From assembly GCA_038231455.1 (NCBI GenBank), contig JBBRLI010000007.1, forward strand, positions 64,001 through 128,000: a DNA stretch of 64,000 nucleotides. Reading direction: 5' to 3'. The notes under the pieces were generated by a model. It did no database searches. It worked only from the letters and a program-made list of their open reading frames with translations, and was not told the DNA's origin. This stretch comes from Vulcanimicrobiales bacterium. Lineage in GTDB: Bacteria; Vulcanimicrobiota; Vulcanimicrobiia; Vulcanimicrobiales; Vulcanimicrobiaceae. The position numbers and the translations under genes were made by a program. Positions 19,554 to 30,212 of this stretch are shown in pieces (position 1 is the first letter of the stretch; each line of letters begins with the position of its first letter).

Positions 19554-20465
19554 TTATTTACCGCTTTGCCAGACGTCGAGGATCGGCGCGACGTTCGCTG
19601 CCTGCCCGGCGTGAGCGGTTCCCTCGAGATCTTCGATCGTGCGCAGAACGTCGTAGTGCGTGATCGGCTCGTCGTACCGGCCCGGCTTGACCATCGGCCC
19701 AAGAAAGAACGTCGGGATGTGGTTGGTACGCGGCGAGCTGTCTTCGTCCCACGTGACGATCACGAGAGCATCGTGCGAATACGCCCATGAAACGAGCGGA
19801 TCGAGGTGCGCCTTGAACCAGGCGTCGCCGGACTCGATGCTCGCACTGTGCATATCGTGCACGAGGTTCGGGATGATGAATGCAACATCGGGCAGCGAAT
19901 CGTACGATCCAAGCGCCGCGTACGAAACCCACGACGTTTTGGGAATATTCGTGAAATGCGTCCACGGCGCGTGTTTGGCCGCGTATTGTCCGGCCGTACA
20001 GCCGGTGTAGCCGACCGTGGGCTGGTCCTCGGAGTACGCGCGAAACGTGCGATGCGCGGCGATGAGTTCCGATCCAAGATTCGGCGCATCGGGCGCGACG
20101 CCGACCGGCGGACAGCCATCGCCGTTCCGCGTCGTTTGTCCGGAGAAAAGCGCATAGTAATTCGGCTGACTCGGGTGCGCGAGTCCGTGCGAATTGGTGA
20201 AGATCGCGCCGCGCTGCGAGAGGACGTGGAGATACGGCGCGGAGTCTGCATCCTTGACGATTTGCTTGTACGACTTGTTCTCTTCGATGACGACGACGAT
20301 CGAGCGCGGCCGCTTCGGGAGTTTGCTATGCGCGATCGCATCGCCGACCATGGGCAGGGCCGCCGGAAGACGCGTCAACCGCGTGTTCGTGGGGCGGAGG
20401 AACCAGTAGACAATCCCCGAGATCGCCGCGAGAACGACGACGATGAGGATGGTTCGTTTGATCAA
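19554..20465 (-). CDS. Phosphoesterase / acid phosphatase (SapM-like), membrane-anchored
   Basis: VVVIEENKSY, HPSQPNYYALFSG, KHAPW, HDMH, IVTWDE, THYDVLRTIED. Confidence 0.88.
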   Translation of the reverse strand: MIKRTILIVVVLAAISGIVYWFLRPTNTRLTRLPAALPMVGDAIAHSKLPKRPRSIVVVIEENKSYKQIVKDADSAPYLHVLSQRGAIFTNSHGLAHPSQPNYYALFSGQTTRNGDGCPPVGVAPDAPNLGSELIAAHRTFRAYSEDQPTVGYTGCTAGQYAAKHAPWTHFTNIPKTSWVSYAALGSYDSLPDVAFIIPNLVHDMHSASIESGDAWFKAHLDPLVSWAYSHDALVIVTWDEDSSPRTNHIPTFFLGPMVKPGRYDEPITHYDVLRTIEDLEGTAHAGQAANVAPILDVWQSGK

Positions 20466-20582
20466 GCCGCTGCTTCCTTACTCTTCATCCTCCAGGAATA
20501 CCCCACTCTGACCACCGAGTAAACCACCCGCGCGTAAGACCAGCGCAACCAGTCACGATGCTGCAATAAGGTGGACGCAAAA

Positions 20583-20987
20583 ATGGAACTCGCACCGTAT
20601 ATTTTCTTCCACGGTCGCTGCGAAGAGGCGCTCGAATTTTATAAGGCGGCGCTTGGAGGCACGTACGAAGCAATGCGCATGGCCGACTCACCGATGGGGA
20701 AAGATCTGCCGCCCGCCGCACAGCAGAAGATTATGCATGCAACCTTCAAAGGGGCCGGTATGACGTTTATGGCCTCAGACGGGCAAGAAGAGAAGACATT
20801 CGATCCCGCCTTAGGCAACATTTCGCTCTCGGTTACGACCGCAGACGCAGCCGAAGGCGAGCGGCTCTTCACGGCCCTTGCCTCAGGCGGCACGGTGGAC
20901 ATGCCGCTGAGCGATGCGTTCTGGGGCGGCCGCTTCGGCATGGTAACCGACAAGTTTGGCACCGAGTGGATGATGTCGATTTCCTAA
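20583..20987 (+). CDS. VOC family protein (PhnB-like)
   Basis: PYIFFHGRCEEALEFY, IMHA, FWGGRFGMVTDKFGTEW. Confidence 0.9.
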   Translation: MELAPYIFFHGRCEEALEFYKAALGGTYEAMRMADSPMGKDLPPAAQQKIMHATFKGAGMTFMASDGQEEKTFDPALGNISLSVTTADAAEGERLFTALASGGTVDMPLSDAFWGGRFGMVTDKFGTEWMMSIS

Positions 20988-20998
20988 TCGACGGAATG

Positions 20999-21685
20999 TC
21001 AGGAGCCGGCAGCGACTTCCGAACCAACTCGATCGATCGTTTGCATGATATCTCTTGCCACGTAGTACTGTGTCCGATTGATATTCGTCAACGGCGTTAC
21101 TATTTCGTATTCTACGAGCTTCTATTCTACGAGCTTCAGTAGGTTTGCCGAAGCGGTCTGAGTCGATTGATTCAAGATTCGTCGCGCTATCCGCACGGAA
21201 ATGATCGGATTCGGAAAAAGGAAGTCGATAAGGCGGCGTAACGCGCCCGCAGAACGAGCTTTCGCTGCCTTTTGATAATAGAAACCACGCAAGATGTTCA
21301 GTTCGCGAACTCGGGCCGTCGCATCTCGTGCCTGCGTTGCAACGCCGCGCAAAAAAAAACAAAATCTAATCGTCCCATTTTCCATCGGCACGTACAGAAA
21401 ACATGAGATCGTTATATTGAATCCGTCGCCGTTCAAAGTACGCCGACAGAAAAAGCATGGGGGCCGATATTGCCGATTCTTTAACCAAAAATAGCGGCGG
21501 TAGTAGCCTACCTCAACGACCGTTTCCATCGAAGAATGGATGAATGGCTTCGAGAGGGCTAGCACGACCTCAGCCGTTAGGACCTTGGCGCCCAGCGACA
21601 AGAGCCTGGGGACAAATGCGAACCCGCCCTCGGAGATCGAAACGAGTTCTCCGGTCCTGCGATCGCTAAACGCCGCCACATCCAC
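20999..21685 (-). pseudogene. Decayed Fic-domain protein gene
   Basis: Alternate frame reads EAIHPFFDGNGR*GRLL (Fic motif with TGA at 21515-21513); further stops and frameshifts; lower GC than flanks. Confidence 0.8.
21108..21137. repeat. Exact 15-bp tandem duplication (TATTCTACGAGCTTC x2)
   Basis: Read directly; creates a TAG in the Fic remnant (KLVE*KLVEY). Confidence 0.9.
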
Positions 21686-21831
21686 GGTGAGCTAGACACA
21701 GGGGAGATGGCATTATCTCTACATGAAACACTGCACCTCTCGACACTCGCTCCATAGCCCTGACTCTGTGCCAAAAAAGAGGCACATGAGTCGACGTGGA
21801 GGCCCAAGAGTACGTTCTTTTTGCGGAGTTC

Positions 21832-22332
21832 TTAGCCCGGCAACTTCCACGACTGGCTGGTGGAAGCGCTGCATTTGCTCATGGTCAGTCGGTCGAGTTT
21901 CGCCGAATTCTTGACGCTCAGGCACTTGCCAGAACCCGCGACTTCACTTGAAATCGCTGCGCGAAACTGCTTCTTCACCGCATTAAAACTGAAGAATTGG
22001 TTTTTTCGGTCCGCGCAGGTCTCCGCAGCAAGTTGCGACGGGTCGGTTGCCTTAACGGCGAAGCAGACGGTCTTGTTCGCGCTGATGATCTTGTAGTAAT
22101 TCGGGCCAACGGTTTGCTCGAACCACTTTTGCGTCGCGGATCCGTTGCATTTTTTCAGCATCACGTCGGCGCGCGCTCCGCCGCCGGGGACGATATCCAA
22201 ACATTTCGAGGAGACGCGGTCGGACTGCATGGTGCCGACCGGAGAATCGAGTTTAGTTAACGTCTGCGCGCTCGCCGGGCACCCGGCAAGGAGCAGCGCG
22301 CCGAACATGAGGGATGCGATAACTTTTGACAA
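21832..22332 (-). CDS. Secreted ricin-B (beta-trefoil) lectin-like protein
   Basis: AAAGGA RBS then TTG; signal peptide; three repeats KCLDI..C..QKW / VCFAV..C..QFF / KCLSV..C..QSW. Confidence 0.75.
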   Translation of the reverse strand: MSKVIASLMFGALLLAGCPASAQTLTKLDSPVGTMQSDRVSSKCLDIVPGGGARADVMLKKCNGSATQKWFEQTVGPNYYKIISANKTVCFAVKATDPSQLAAETCADRKNQFFSFNAVKKQFRAAISSEVAGSGKCLSVKNSAKLDRLTMSKCSASTSQSWKLPG

Positions 22333-22381
22333 CGTTGAATCCTTTCCAGCGGGAGCGATCGTGGGAATCACGACCGGCGAG

Positions 22382-22406
22382 AAAAAACCTCGCCGAGGCG
22401 AGGTTT
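22382..22406 (-). terminator. Intrinsic terminator after tRNA-Glu
   Basis: Minus strand AAACCTCGC-CTCG-GCGAGGTTT-TTT. Confidence 0.8.
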
Positions 22407-22410
22407 GACT

Positions 22411-22485
22411 TGGTAGCGCCAACGGGAGTCGAACCCGTCTCTTCGCCTTGAAAGGGCAACGTCCTAACCGATAGACTATGGCGCC
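22411..22485 (-). tRNA. tRNA-Glu (TTC)
   Basis: GGCGCCATAGTCTATCGGTTAGGACGTTGCCCT-TTC-AAGGCGAAGAGACGGGTTCGACTCCCGTTGGCGCTACCA. Confidence 0.95.
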
Positions 22486-22521
22486 GTAGGGTCCAGCCGA
22501 TAGACGGCCGCACAAGGTGTG

Positions 22522-22550
22522 ATTGTTCCATAAGTGCGGGCGTCCGTCAA
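22522..22550 (-). promoter_or_regulatory. Candidate sigma70 promoter for tRNA-Glu
   Basis: TTGACG-N17-AACAAT with an extended -10 TG. Confidence 0.4.
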
Positions 22551-22567
22551 CTAAAAAAAGCGTGGTG

Positions 22568-23291
22568 TATAGCCCCCAAGTAGAGACGTCCGGTTTTGGC
22601 CCCAATAGAAATGTCCGGTTGGATGGTTCTGGAGCTCCTCACCATGAGCCGGTCCGAAACCAAGCGCCTTGAGGCAATGGCCAGCCTCAAAACCAAAGCT
22701 CTCACCCAGGTCCAAGTCGCCCTGCAGCTCCGAATCTCGGAACGCCAAGTCCGGCGACTTTGGCTCCGGTTCCAGCGCGAGGGCGCGGCCGGGATCTTTT
22801 CGCGAAAACGTGGTAGGCAAAGCAACAACCGATTGCATCCCGATATCATCGATCGGGCCGTCGCGCTCGTGGCGGATCGCTACGCCGATTTCGGTAGGCG
22901 CTGCACTCTTTGCGCGAGCGGAGAGCACGCAATCCTATTTCGATCTGATCGAGCAGTATATCTGCCTGCACGGTAAGCCACGAGCGCTCTACGTCGATAA
23001 ACTCTCGGATTTTCACACAACGCGACCAATGGAACTCAACGTCGACACGCAATTCGGACGAGCAATGCGGGAACTAGATGTCGAATTGATCTGCGCGAAT
23101 TCACCGCAGGCAAAGGGTCGCGTCGAGCGAGCTAACCGAACGTTCCAAGATCGGCTCGTAAAAGAACCGCAAGAAAGCGCCACCGCTCCCGCCAAACGCC
23201 TCGGCATACCTCAAAATCGAACGCCCGAGCCAGGCCGAAAACCGGACATTTTAACTTGGGGCGGACCGGACAGAACCGCTTGGGGGCTACA
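22568..23291 (+). mobile_element. Internally deleted ISNCY/IS1202-type insertion sequence (724 bp)
   Basis: Ends TATAGCCCCCAAG / CTTGGGGGCTACA, each with internal TGTCCGG-type repeats; flanking 16-bp direct repeat TAAAAAAAGCGTGGTG at 22552-22567 and 23292-23307; transposase fragments ISERQVRRL (HTH) and ALYVDK...SPQAKGRVER..TFQDRL in different frames. Confidence 0.88.
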
Positions 23292-23302
23292 TAAAAAAAG
23301 CG

Positions 23303-23377
23303 TGGTGGGCCCGGCTGGATTCGAACCAGCGCGCTACCAGTTATGAGCCGGCTGCTCTACCGCTGAGCTACGAGCCC
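23303..23377 (-). tRNA. tRNA with CAT anticodon, most likely tRNA-Ile2 (lysidine-modified)
   Basis: GGGCTCGTAGCTCAGCGGTAGAGCAGCCGGCT-CAT-AACTGGTAGCGCGCTGGTTCGAATCCAGCCGGGCCCACCA; G1-C72 paired and no triple G-C anticodon stem, so not the initiator. Confidence 0.85.
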
Positions 23378-23443
23378 ACGCACGCGGCGATTTCGCCACA
23401 GGCCAAGCGACCCCCGCGGGGCCGCCACGTGCGGACGGCGCGG

Positions 23444-24757
<1,314 letters not shown>

Positions 24758-25216
24758 CTAATTGCTTACCAGCCACGACTCGAGGTCGGACTTGCGCGGG
24801 AACAGTTCGTTCTTCTCGAACCAGATCGCGATTTCGCGTGCGGCGCTCTCGGGTGAGTCGCTGCCGTGCACCAGATTGCGGCCGATCGTTTGACCGTAGT
24901 CGCCGCGGATCGAACCGGGGGCCGATTTGATCGGGTTCGTCGCGCCGATCGTCGAGCGGCAGCCTTCGATCGCGTCGTTGCCTTCGACGACGAGCGCCAC
25001 GATGGGAGCCGAGGTAATATAGTCAATGAGCCCCTTGAAGAAGCCCTTACCATCGTGTTCGGCGTAGTGCTTTTTCGCACGTGCCTCATCGACCATCAGA
25101 AGTTTCATGCCGACGATTTGATAACCGCGACGCTCGAAGCGCGCGACGCATTCGCCGACAAGACCGCGCACGACGGCGTCGGCTTTCAAAAGGATGAGTG
25201 TTTGTTCGTTAGCCAT
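24758..25216 (-). CDS. ndk: Nucleoside-diphosphate kinase
   Basis: MANEQTLILLKADAV, GATNP, PGSIRGD, RNLVHGSDS. Confidence 0.95.
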   Translation of the reverse strand: MANEQTLILLKADAVVRGLVGECVARFERRGYQIVGMKLLMVDEARAKKHYAEHDGKGFFKGLIDYITSAPIVALVVEGNDAIEGCRSTIGATNPIKSAPGSIRGDYGQTIGRNLVHGSDSPESAAREIAIWFEKNELFPRKSDLESWLVSN

Positions 25217-25232
25217 AGCGGGAGGGACATAC

Positions 25233-26033
25233 GTGCCAAGTGACGCCGCCCCTCTGTCCCCACTCGACCTTGCGCTACTCGAGGCGATGACCGCAGGAAC
25301 AGCATTCGCCGACGTCCGCGTCCTCGACGAGACCGCGAGCACGAATACCGATGCGACCGCGCTCCTCGGAGAAGCGCCCGGGACGACAATCCTCGCAGAG
25401 ATGCAGACCGCCGGTATCGGTCGCACGGGGCGGACGTGGCATGCGCCGCGTTCATCGAGCCTGCTCTTTACGACGCTCTTGCCGGAGCCCATCCGCGTTC
25501 CGGATCTGTGGGCGGTGACGTTTTGGACGGCGCTTGCCGTCGCCGATGGCATCGAGCGTGCGAGCGGAATCCGGGTCGATCTCAAATGGCCGAACGACCT
25601 CTTGCTCGCAGGTCGTAAACTGTGCGGGATTTTGTGCATCTCGCGCGTCAGCGGCGAGCGGGCGTGGGTCGGCTGCGGTGTCGGCCTCAACGTCCATCGT
25701 CCCGCGGATGCGCAGTCGATTGCAGCAATCGAACCGCGGCCCGCGTTTCTCTCCGATGATGCGCCAAAGATCGACCGCTCGCGTCTGCTCGGCGAAGTGC
25801 TCCTTGCATTCGAACGTCTACTGCCGCTTCTCGGAGAGCCGGAAGCGATCGCCCGCGCCTGGGAATCCCGCGCGCAGATCGATGGCACGCCTTATCGACT
25901 CAAACTCGACCGCGACGGCTCGATCCTCGAGGGCATCGCACGCGGACTTGGCCGCGACGGTGCGCTACGCATCACGACAAGCGACGGCGGCGAGAGGGAG
26001 ACCCACCTCGCGGACGCACACGTCCTGCGCTAG
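25233..26033 (+). CDS. birA: Biotin--[acetyl-CoA carboxylase] ligase (no HTH)
   Basis: STN, QTAGIGRTGRTW, KWPNDLL, KLCGIL, GVGLNV. Confidence 0.92.
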   Translation: MPSDAAPLSPLDLALLEAMTAGTAFADVRVLDETASTNTDATALLGEAPGTTILAEMQTAGIGRTGRTWHAPRSSSLLFTTLLPEPIRVPDLWAVTFWTALAVADGIERASGIRVDLKWPNDLLLAGRKLCGILCISRVSGERAWVGCGVGLNVHRPADAQSIAAIEPRPAFLSDDAPKIDRSRLLGEVLLAFERLLPLLGEPEAIARAWESRAQIDGTPYRLKLDRDGSILEGIARGLGRDGALRITTSDGGERETHLADAHVLR

Positions 26034-26034
26034 T

Positions 26035-26250
26035 TTATTTTACGACCCCGCCGAGGGCGATGTTTGCTTTACCAAGTGCGGCGACCGCGCTTGACTCCGC
26101 ACCCCCGTCGATCGACAAACAGAGGTTTGCCGGTGTTGTGACGCTCGCGGGTTTCGGGATCATCTTCGCCGTGACGCCGGAATCTTTGAGCGCTTTGGTC
26201 GCGATCATCGTGTCGGCGTTCGATGAGAAAAAGAGTATGACATCGGGCAT
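26035..26250 (-). CDS. DUF3343-like small protein
   Basis: 71 aa; FSS..TM....LK..G....MIPKP..VT....LCL pattern. Confidence 0.55.
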   Translation of the reverse strand: MPDVILFFSSNADTMIATKALKDSGVTAKMIPKPASVTTPANLCLSIDGGAESSAVAALGKANIALGGVVK

Positions 26251-26253
26251 CGT

Positions 26254-27627
26254 CTACGCCGCGGACTTGCCACTGACGAGTTCGTCGAGACCCCGTGCGA
26301 CGTCGTTGAGTTCGTTCACCCGCGTTACCGCGTGTTGCATGCGGCCGTTCATCTCTTGCGCAAGCATGTCGATGACCACGACGTCGCCAAGAATTTCCGC
26401 GTTGAGCTCGGATGCTGCAAGCACGGTGTTTTTGACGCCGGTGTTCGTTGCGATGGTTCCCTCGGATGACATCGGTGCAGTCGTCGCGATCTGCATGAGC
26501 AATTCGCCTTGGCGCTCGACTGCGGCTTTCGTCTGCGCGACATGGTCGCCCGAAACCTCGGTCCCCACAACGATAACGGCCAGTTCTTTTGCCGACTCGC
26601 TCACTTGTTTTGAGCGTTTGATGATCGCGCGCGACACCGCCTCGACGACCGGGATCGCAAGCGCGAGTGCGATCACAAGGCCGATGAGGCCCCATAGCAG
26701 GAGCGACTGCGTCGTATGATTTTGGATGTCGTTGAACTGCGCGAGCGGCACGCCGTACCAGCGCGCGGCTACGACTTCGTTTTGATCGTTGAGAATGGGA
26801 TCGATCTGGGCAAGATACTGCACGCCGGCTTGCGTATCGACGCCACTATAGGACTTGCCGGCTTTGATCTCGGACATCCCGGTCGTCGTCGCAGAATCGA
26901 CGAGCCGCGTGCCGTTGGGACGCGAGATCGTGCTCGAAACGATCGCATTGTCGATGATGAGGGCCGATCTGCCGCCGAGCGCGCGTGAGGCCTGATCGAC
27001 GATATCGTAGTAGTGGTTGATGAGAATGCCGCCGTACACAGCACCGACGGTGCGTTCGTTCGTATCGCTGATGGGCGCTGCGGAGACGAGCGCGAGTCCT
27101 TCGGTCATCTTGCCGGTAACGGCGCCGCTTTCGTTTTTGATGTCGGCGCTAATTTGCGGCGCGAGCGCTTCGGGGGTGAGTTCGTCGAGCGAAAGGCGCG
27201 TTGCGGTGTTGACGCTCTCGCCTTGCAGCGCGCGTTTGATGTACGCGCTCTTGAGCTCGAGCCCAGCCCCGCCTCCGTTCGCGCGCGCGATAACTTTGCC
27301 GTTCCGATCGACGATGGTCAGAAACGAGAGCCCGGCGTTGCGGGCGACACTGGTGAGCGCCGTCTCGAGGGCTTTGGTCGCTTTTGCTCCGACGTTCTTG
27401 CGAATCGCTTCTTGAATCGCAACTTGCTGCGTGAGCAGGCGAACCTGATCGCGCTTCTGCTCCCAATAGCCGTTGAAGCCGAGCGACCCGCTCTGCACGT
27501 TCTTACGTCCAAGCGAACTCAAGTCGTTCGACATCGTCGAACGCGCCGCGAGCGCACTCACGATGAAGAAGACGAGGATCGCGCCGACAATTGTCCCGAT
27601 CAGTCGGGCACGCAGACCGAGCTTCAT
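26254..27627 (-). CDS. Cache-type sensor membrane protein with short cytoplasmic coiled coil and no MCP signalling tip
   Basis: TM, ~290-aa extracytoplasmic Cache-like region ([34 protein letters not shown]), TM, ~130-aa helical tail. Confidence 0.7.
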   Translation of the reverse strand: MKLGLRARLIGTIVGAILVFFIVSALAARSTMSNDLSSLGRKNVQSGSLGFNGYWEQKRDQVRLLTQQVAIQEAIRKNVGAKATKALETALTSVARNAGLSFLTIVDRNGKVIARANGGGAGLELKSAYIKRALQGESVNTATRLSLDELTPEALAPQISADIKNESGAVTGKMTEGLALVSAAPISDTNERTVGAVYGGILINHYYDIVDQASRALGGRSALIIDNAIVSSTISRPNGTRLVDSATTTGMSEIKAGKSYSGVDTQAGVQYLAQIDPILNDQNEVVAARWYGVPLAQFNDIQNHTTQSLLLWGLIGLVIALALAIPVVEAVSRAIIKRSKQVSESAKELAVIVVGTEVSGDHVAQTKAAVERQGELLMQIATTAPMSSEGTIATNTGVKNTVLAASELNAEILGDVVVIDMLAQEMNGRMQHAVTRVNELNDVARGLDELVSGKSAA

Positions 27628-29162
27628 ACGTTGGTCCCCTCTTGGGCGGCATCGGCAATGCGGTAGCGGCCGAGTTCGCCGGTAATCACCGTTGCTTGGG
27701 CGTTCATTTCTTCAGCCGAACTCAAGATGCGCTGCGCGGCCGAGGTGACCTCAGCGTTGACGTAGCTGAGGACTTCGACCGACGAGGCGTTCTGTCCGGA
27801 GATTCCGGCGATCCCTTCGAACGCACTCGAGACTTCGTTTGAGTGTGCGGCCATCTGCTGCGTTGCCGCGAGATTGGCTGCGACCGATCGCGTGATCTCA
27901 TCGAGCGCCCGTATGACGGAAATGGAATTCTGACTCATCGAGCGCGTCACGTTCGAGATTTGCGTGATCTGATTGTTCGATTTGAGAACCGCCTCGACGA
28001 TCTCGCGTAAGGCAAGCGACGCGTTATCCGTCGATGAAACACTCTCTTCGACGCGCTCGGTGAGACGCTGCATTGCGTGGGTCACCTCGGCGATGACGCC
28101 TTGCGTCGAGCCGATGTGTCCGGCGATTTCTTTGGTAGCCGCCACGCTGCCGTCGGCAAGTTTGCGGATCTCCGATGCGACGACCGCGAATCCGCGTCCG
28201 TGTTCGCCTGCACGCGCCGCTTCGATCGCGGCGTTGAGCGCAAGCAGGTTCGTCTGTTCGGCGATCCGGTCGATCACTTTGACGATGTCGCCGATCTGCG
28301 ATGAGTTGTCGCCGAGTTGACGGATATCGCTTGCCAATTCGCCGATCGTCGCGCGGATGGTGTCGAACGAACCGACGATCGTGTGGATCGCCGAACCGCC
28401 GCGGTCGGCCGTGAGCGACGTCTCCGAACTAATCGTTAAGAGGGAATCGACTTGTTCGGCGACTTCCTCGATCGATGAGGACATCGCCGTTACCGATAGT
28501 GCCGTTTCATCGAGGGTGCGCGTCTGCTGTTCGGCCGAACCCGCAATCGTCACGATGGCGTCGGTCAAGGACGTGATTTTTGCCTGCGCGGCGGAGACGA
28601 TTGAGGATTGTTCGAGGATGCCTTCTTCGAGTTGCTGTTGGGCAACCGAACTGCCCTCGATCACCGCAAGCGAATTACCGGCCGTATCGGTGAGCTCCGA
28701 ACCTGCGACCGCGAGCCGTTCGACGTTGCCTTTCATCGCGGACAGAAAATCGCGCGTACTGAAAATCAATTTATTGAGGGCGATTCCCAGCTCCGAGAGC
28801 GGTCCGTCGGTGACCGCTAGATTCTTCGTGAAATCGCCTTGCGAGACTTCGCGAATTCCCGCAGTCAACGCCGCGATCGTCGCGCTACTTCCGGCGACCG
28901 CACCGTTTTGGCCGCGTGGCAGGGCAACGGTCTTCGTCTTGCCGAGTGCCTCGAGAGCGGGGTTCTCGCCGGAGGGGGCGGTCGCGAAGGCCGCAAGCGT
29001 GAGGGCGGGTCCGGCTAGGAGGGCGGCCACAAGCGAATACCAGAGCAAGCCCGGTATCGTCGCCATCCAGATCGCGAATCCAACGAGCAGGACGCCCACC
29101 AAGGCACTGACGATTCGCGGTGCCGCGTTCATCCGAAGGGGCGAGGGTGAAGGCCCGGTCAT
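27624..29162 (-). CDS. Methyl-accepting chemotaxis protein with no periplasmic sensor domain
   Basis: [37 protein letters not shown]; two adjacent N-terminal TMs; HAMP-like GDFT...ELGIALN. Confidence 0.93.
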   Translation of the reverse strand: MTGPSPSPLRMNAAPRIVSALVGVLLVGFAIWMATIPGLLWYSLVAALLAGPALTLAAFATAPSGENPALEALGKTKTVALPRGQNGAVAGSSATIAALTAGIREVSQGDFTKNLAVTDGPLSELGIALNKLIFSTRDFLSAMKGNVERLAVAGSELTDTAGNSLAVIEGSSVAQQQLEEGILEQSSIVSAAQAKITSLTDAIVTIAGSAEQQTRTLDETALSVTAMSSSIEEVAEQVDSLLTISSETSLTADRGGSAIHTIVGSFDTIRATIGELASDIRQLGDNSSQIGDIVKVIDRIAEQTNLLALNAAIEAARAGEHGRGFAVVASEIRKLADGSVAATKEIAGHIGSTQGVIAEVTHAMQRLTERVEESVSSTDNASLALREIVEAVLKSNNQITQISNVTRSMSQNSISVIRALDEITRSVAANLAATQQMAAHSNEVSSAFEGIAGISGQNASSVEVLSYVNAEVTSAAQRILSSAEEMNAQATVITGELGRYRIADAAQEGTNV

Positions 29163-29249
29163 GGCATCCCGTCTTTAAAACGATTGAAAACGCGCCGTTA
29201 GGCACGTTCGGAAGCTTTTCCTAACACTTCGGCCGTTCCGCTCCGGTTC

Positions 29250-29786
29250 TTAAGATGAACGGCCCGCTTTGCTCCGCTTCTCGCAGTGTTCGCAGAAATT
29301 CGGGTACTTGTTATCGGTGTCGTAGATCGAATTCGAGAAATACATCGCACAGCGGGCATTGAAGCAGTGCTTGAGGCCGAGCGCGTGTCCGAGTTCATGG
29401 ACCGACTCTTTGAGCAGCCGCTGGAAGAGCATGTTCTCATCCGGCGGCTCGCCGTAGAACTCAGAACGCAGGCGATGGGTCGAGACAACCGCGCAGCGCT
29501 GCGCCTCGCTCGAACTCCCAAAGATGAAGTGCTGCGAGGTCTTGTAGAGATCGTACTCGGTGATCCCCAAGACGAACTCATCGACGCGGTCGTGGACCGA
29601 CGTAAGTTTCCCGACGACCGAGCCGAAGAAAAGCTGGTTGCGCGCGCTGTTGAGGGCCGTCTTCGGAATTCGCAGCGGGACGCGAACGAGCGCCGTTGAG
29701 AGGAAGCGTTCTTCCAGACAGAGCGCAAGCCGGGTGAGCAGGGCCGGATCGATCGTATTGATCGGGACGATGCTGATCTCGCTCAC
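29250..29786 (-). CDS. Archaemetzincin (M54) zinc protease
   Basis: HELGHALGLKHCFNARCAMYFSNS...FCEHC. Confidence 0.88.
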   Translation of the reverse strand: MSEISIVPINTIDPALLTRLALCLEERFLSTALVRVPLRIPKTALNSARNQLFFGSVVGKLTSVHDRVDEFVLGITEYDLYKTSQHFIFGSSSEAQRCAVVSTHRLRSEFYGEPPDENMLFQRLLKESVHELGHALGLKHCFNARCAMYFSNSIYDTDNKYPNFCEHCEKRSKAGRSS

Positions 29787-29846
29787 GCAAATCGCGTTCG
29801 CCCGAGCGCGGAAACGGTCCTGGGGATGGATGCGCGGAACGCCCGA

Positions 29847-30212
29847 ATGATGATCCTCGGACTTGGAATCGATCTTGCTGAAGTCGAGCGCTATCGCTTC
29901 GATGAAGCCGCACGCGAACGGTTCGCGCGCAAAGTCTACACCCCCGAAGAGTGGGCTTACGCGATGCGCAAGCGCCACTGGCCCGAACGCCTCGCCGGAT
30001 TCTATGCCGCCAAAGAGGCCACGCGCAAAGCGTTCGGCCATGCGATCCCGTGGCGCTTGGTCGGCGTGACGCACGAAGCATCGGGGAAACCGACGATCGT
30101 GCTTTTGGGCAAGGCCGAACGTCTCATTGCGGCGCGCGGCGTGAAGTCGATTCACCTCACGATCACGCACACGGCACAGACGGCCGCGGCCGTCGTCGTC
30201 CTCGAAGGCTGA
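29847..30212 (+). CDS. acpS: Holo-ACP synthase
   Basis: GLGIDL, LAGFYAAKEA..KA, GKP, LTITHT. Confidence 0.92.
   Translation: MMILGLGIDLAEVERYRFDEAARERFARKVYTPEEWAYAMRKRHWPERLAGFYAAKEATRKAFGHAIPWRLVGVTHEASGKPTIVLLGKAERLIAARGVKSIHLTITHTAQTAAAVVVLEG

Noticed and set aside
21513-21515. TGA in the Fic motif as selenocysteine
   Set aside because: The position is not a Cys site and the gene has several other disabling lesions
16351-22485. Prophage or integrative element bounded by tRNA att repeats
   Set aside because: No integrase or phage genes, and I saw no second copy of the tRNA-Val or tRNA-Glu 3' ends
23303-23377. Initiator tRNA-fMet
   Set aside because: Positions 1-72 are paired and the three consecutive G-C pairs in the anticodon stem are absent; elongator Met is not fully excluded
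29250-29786. Archaemetzincin as evidence of archaeal origin
   Set aside because: The family also occurs in bacteria, and codon style matches the flanking genes
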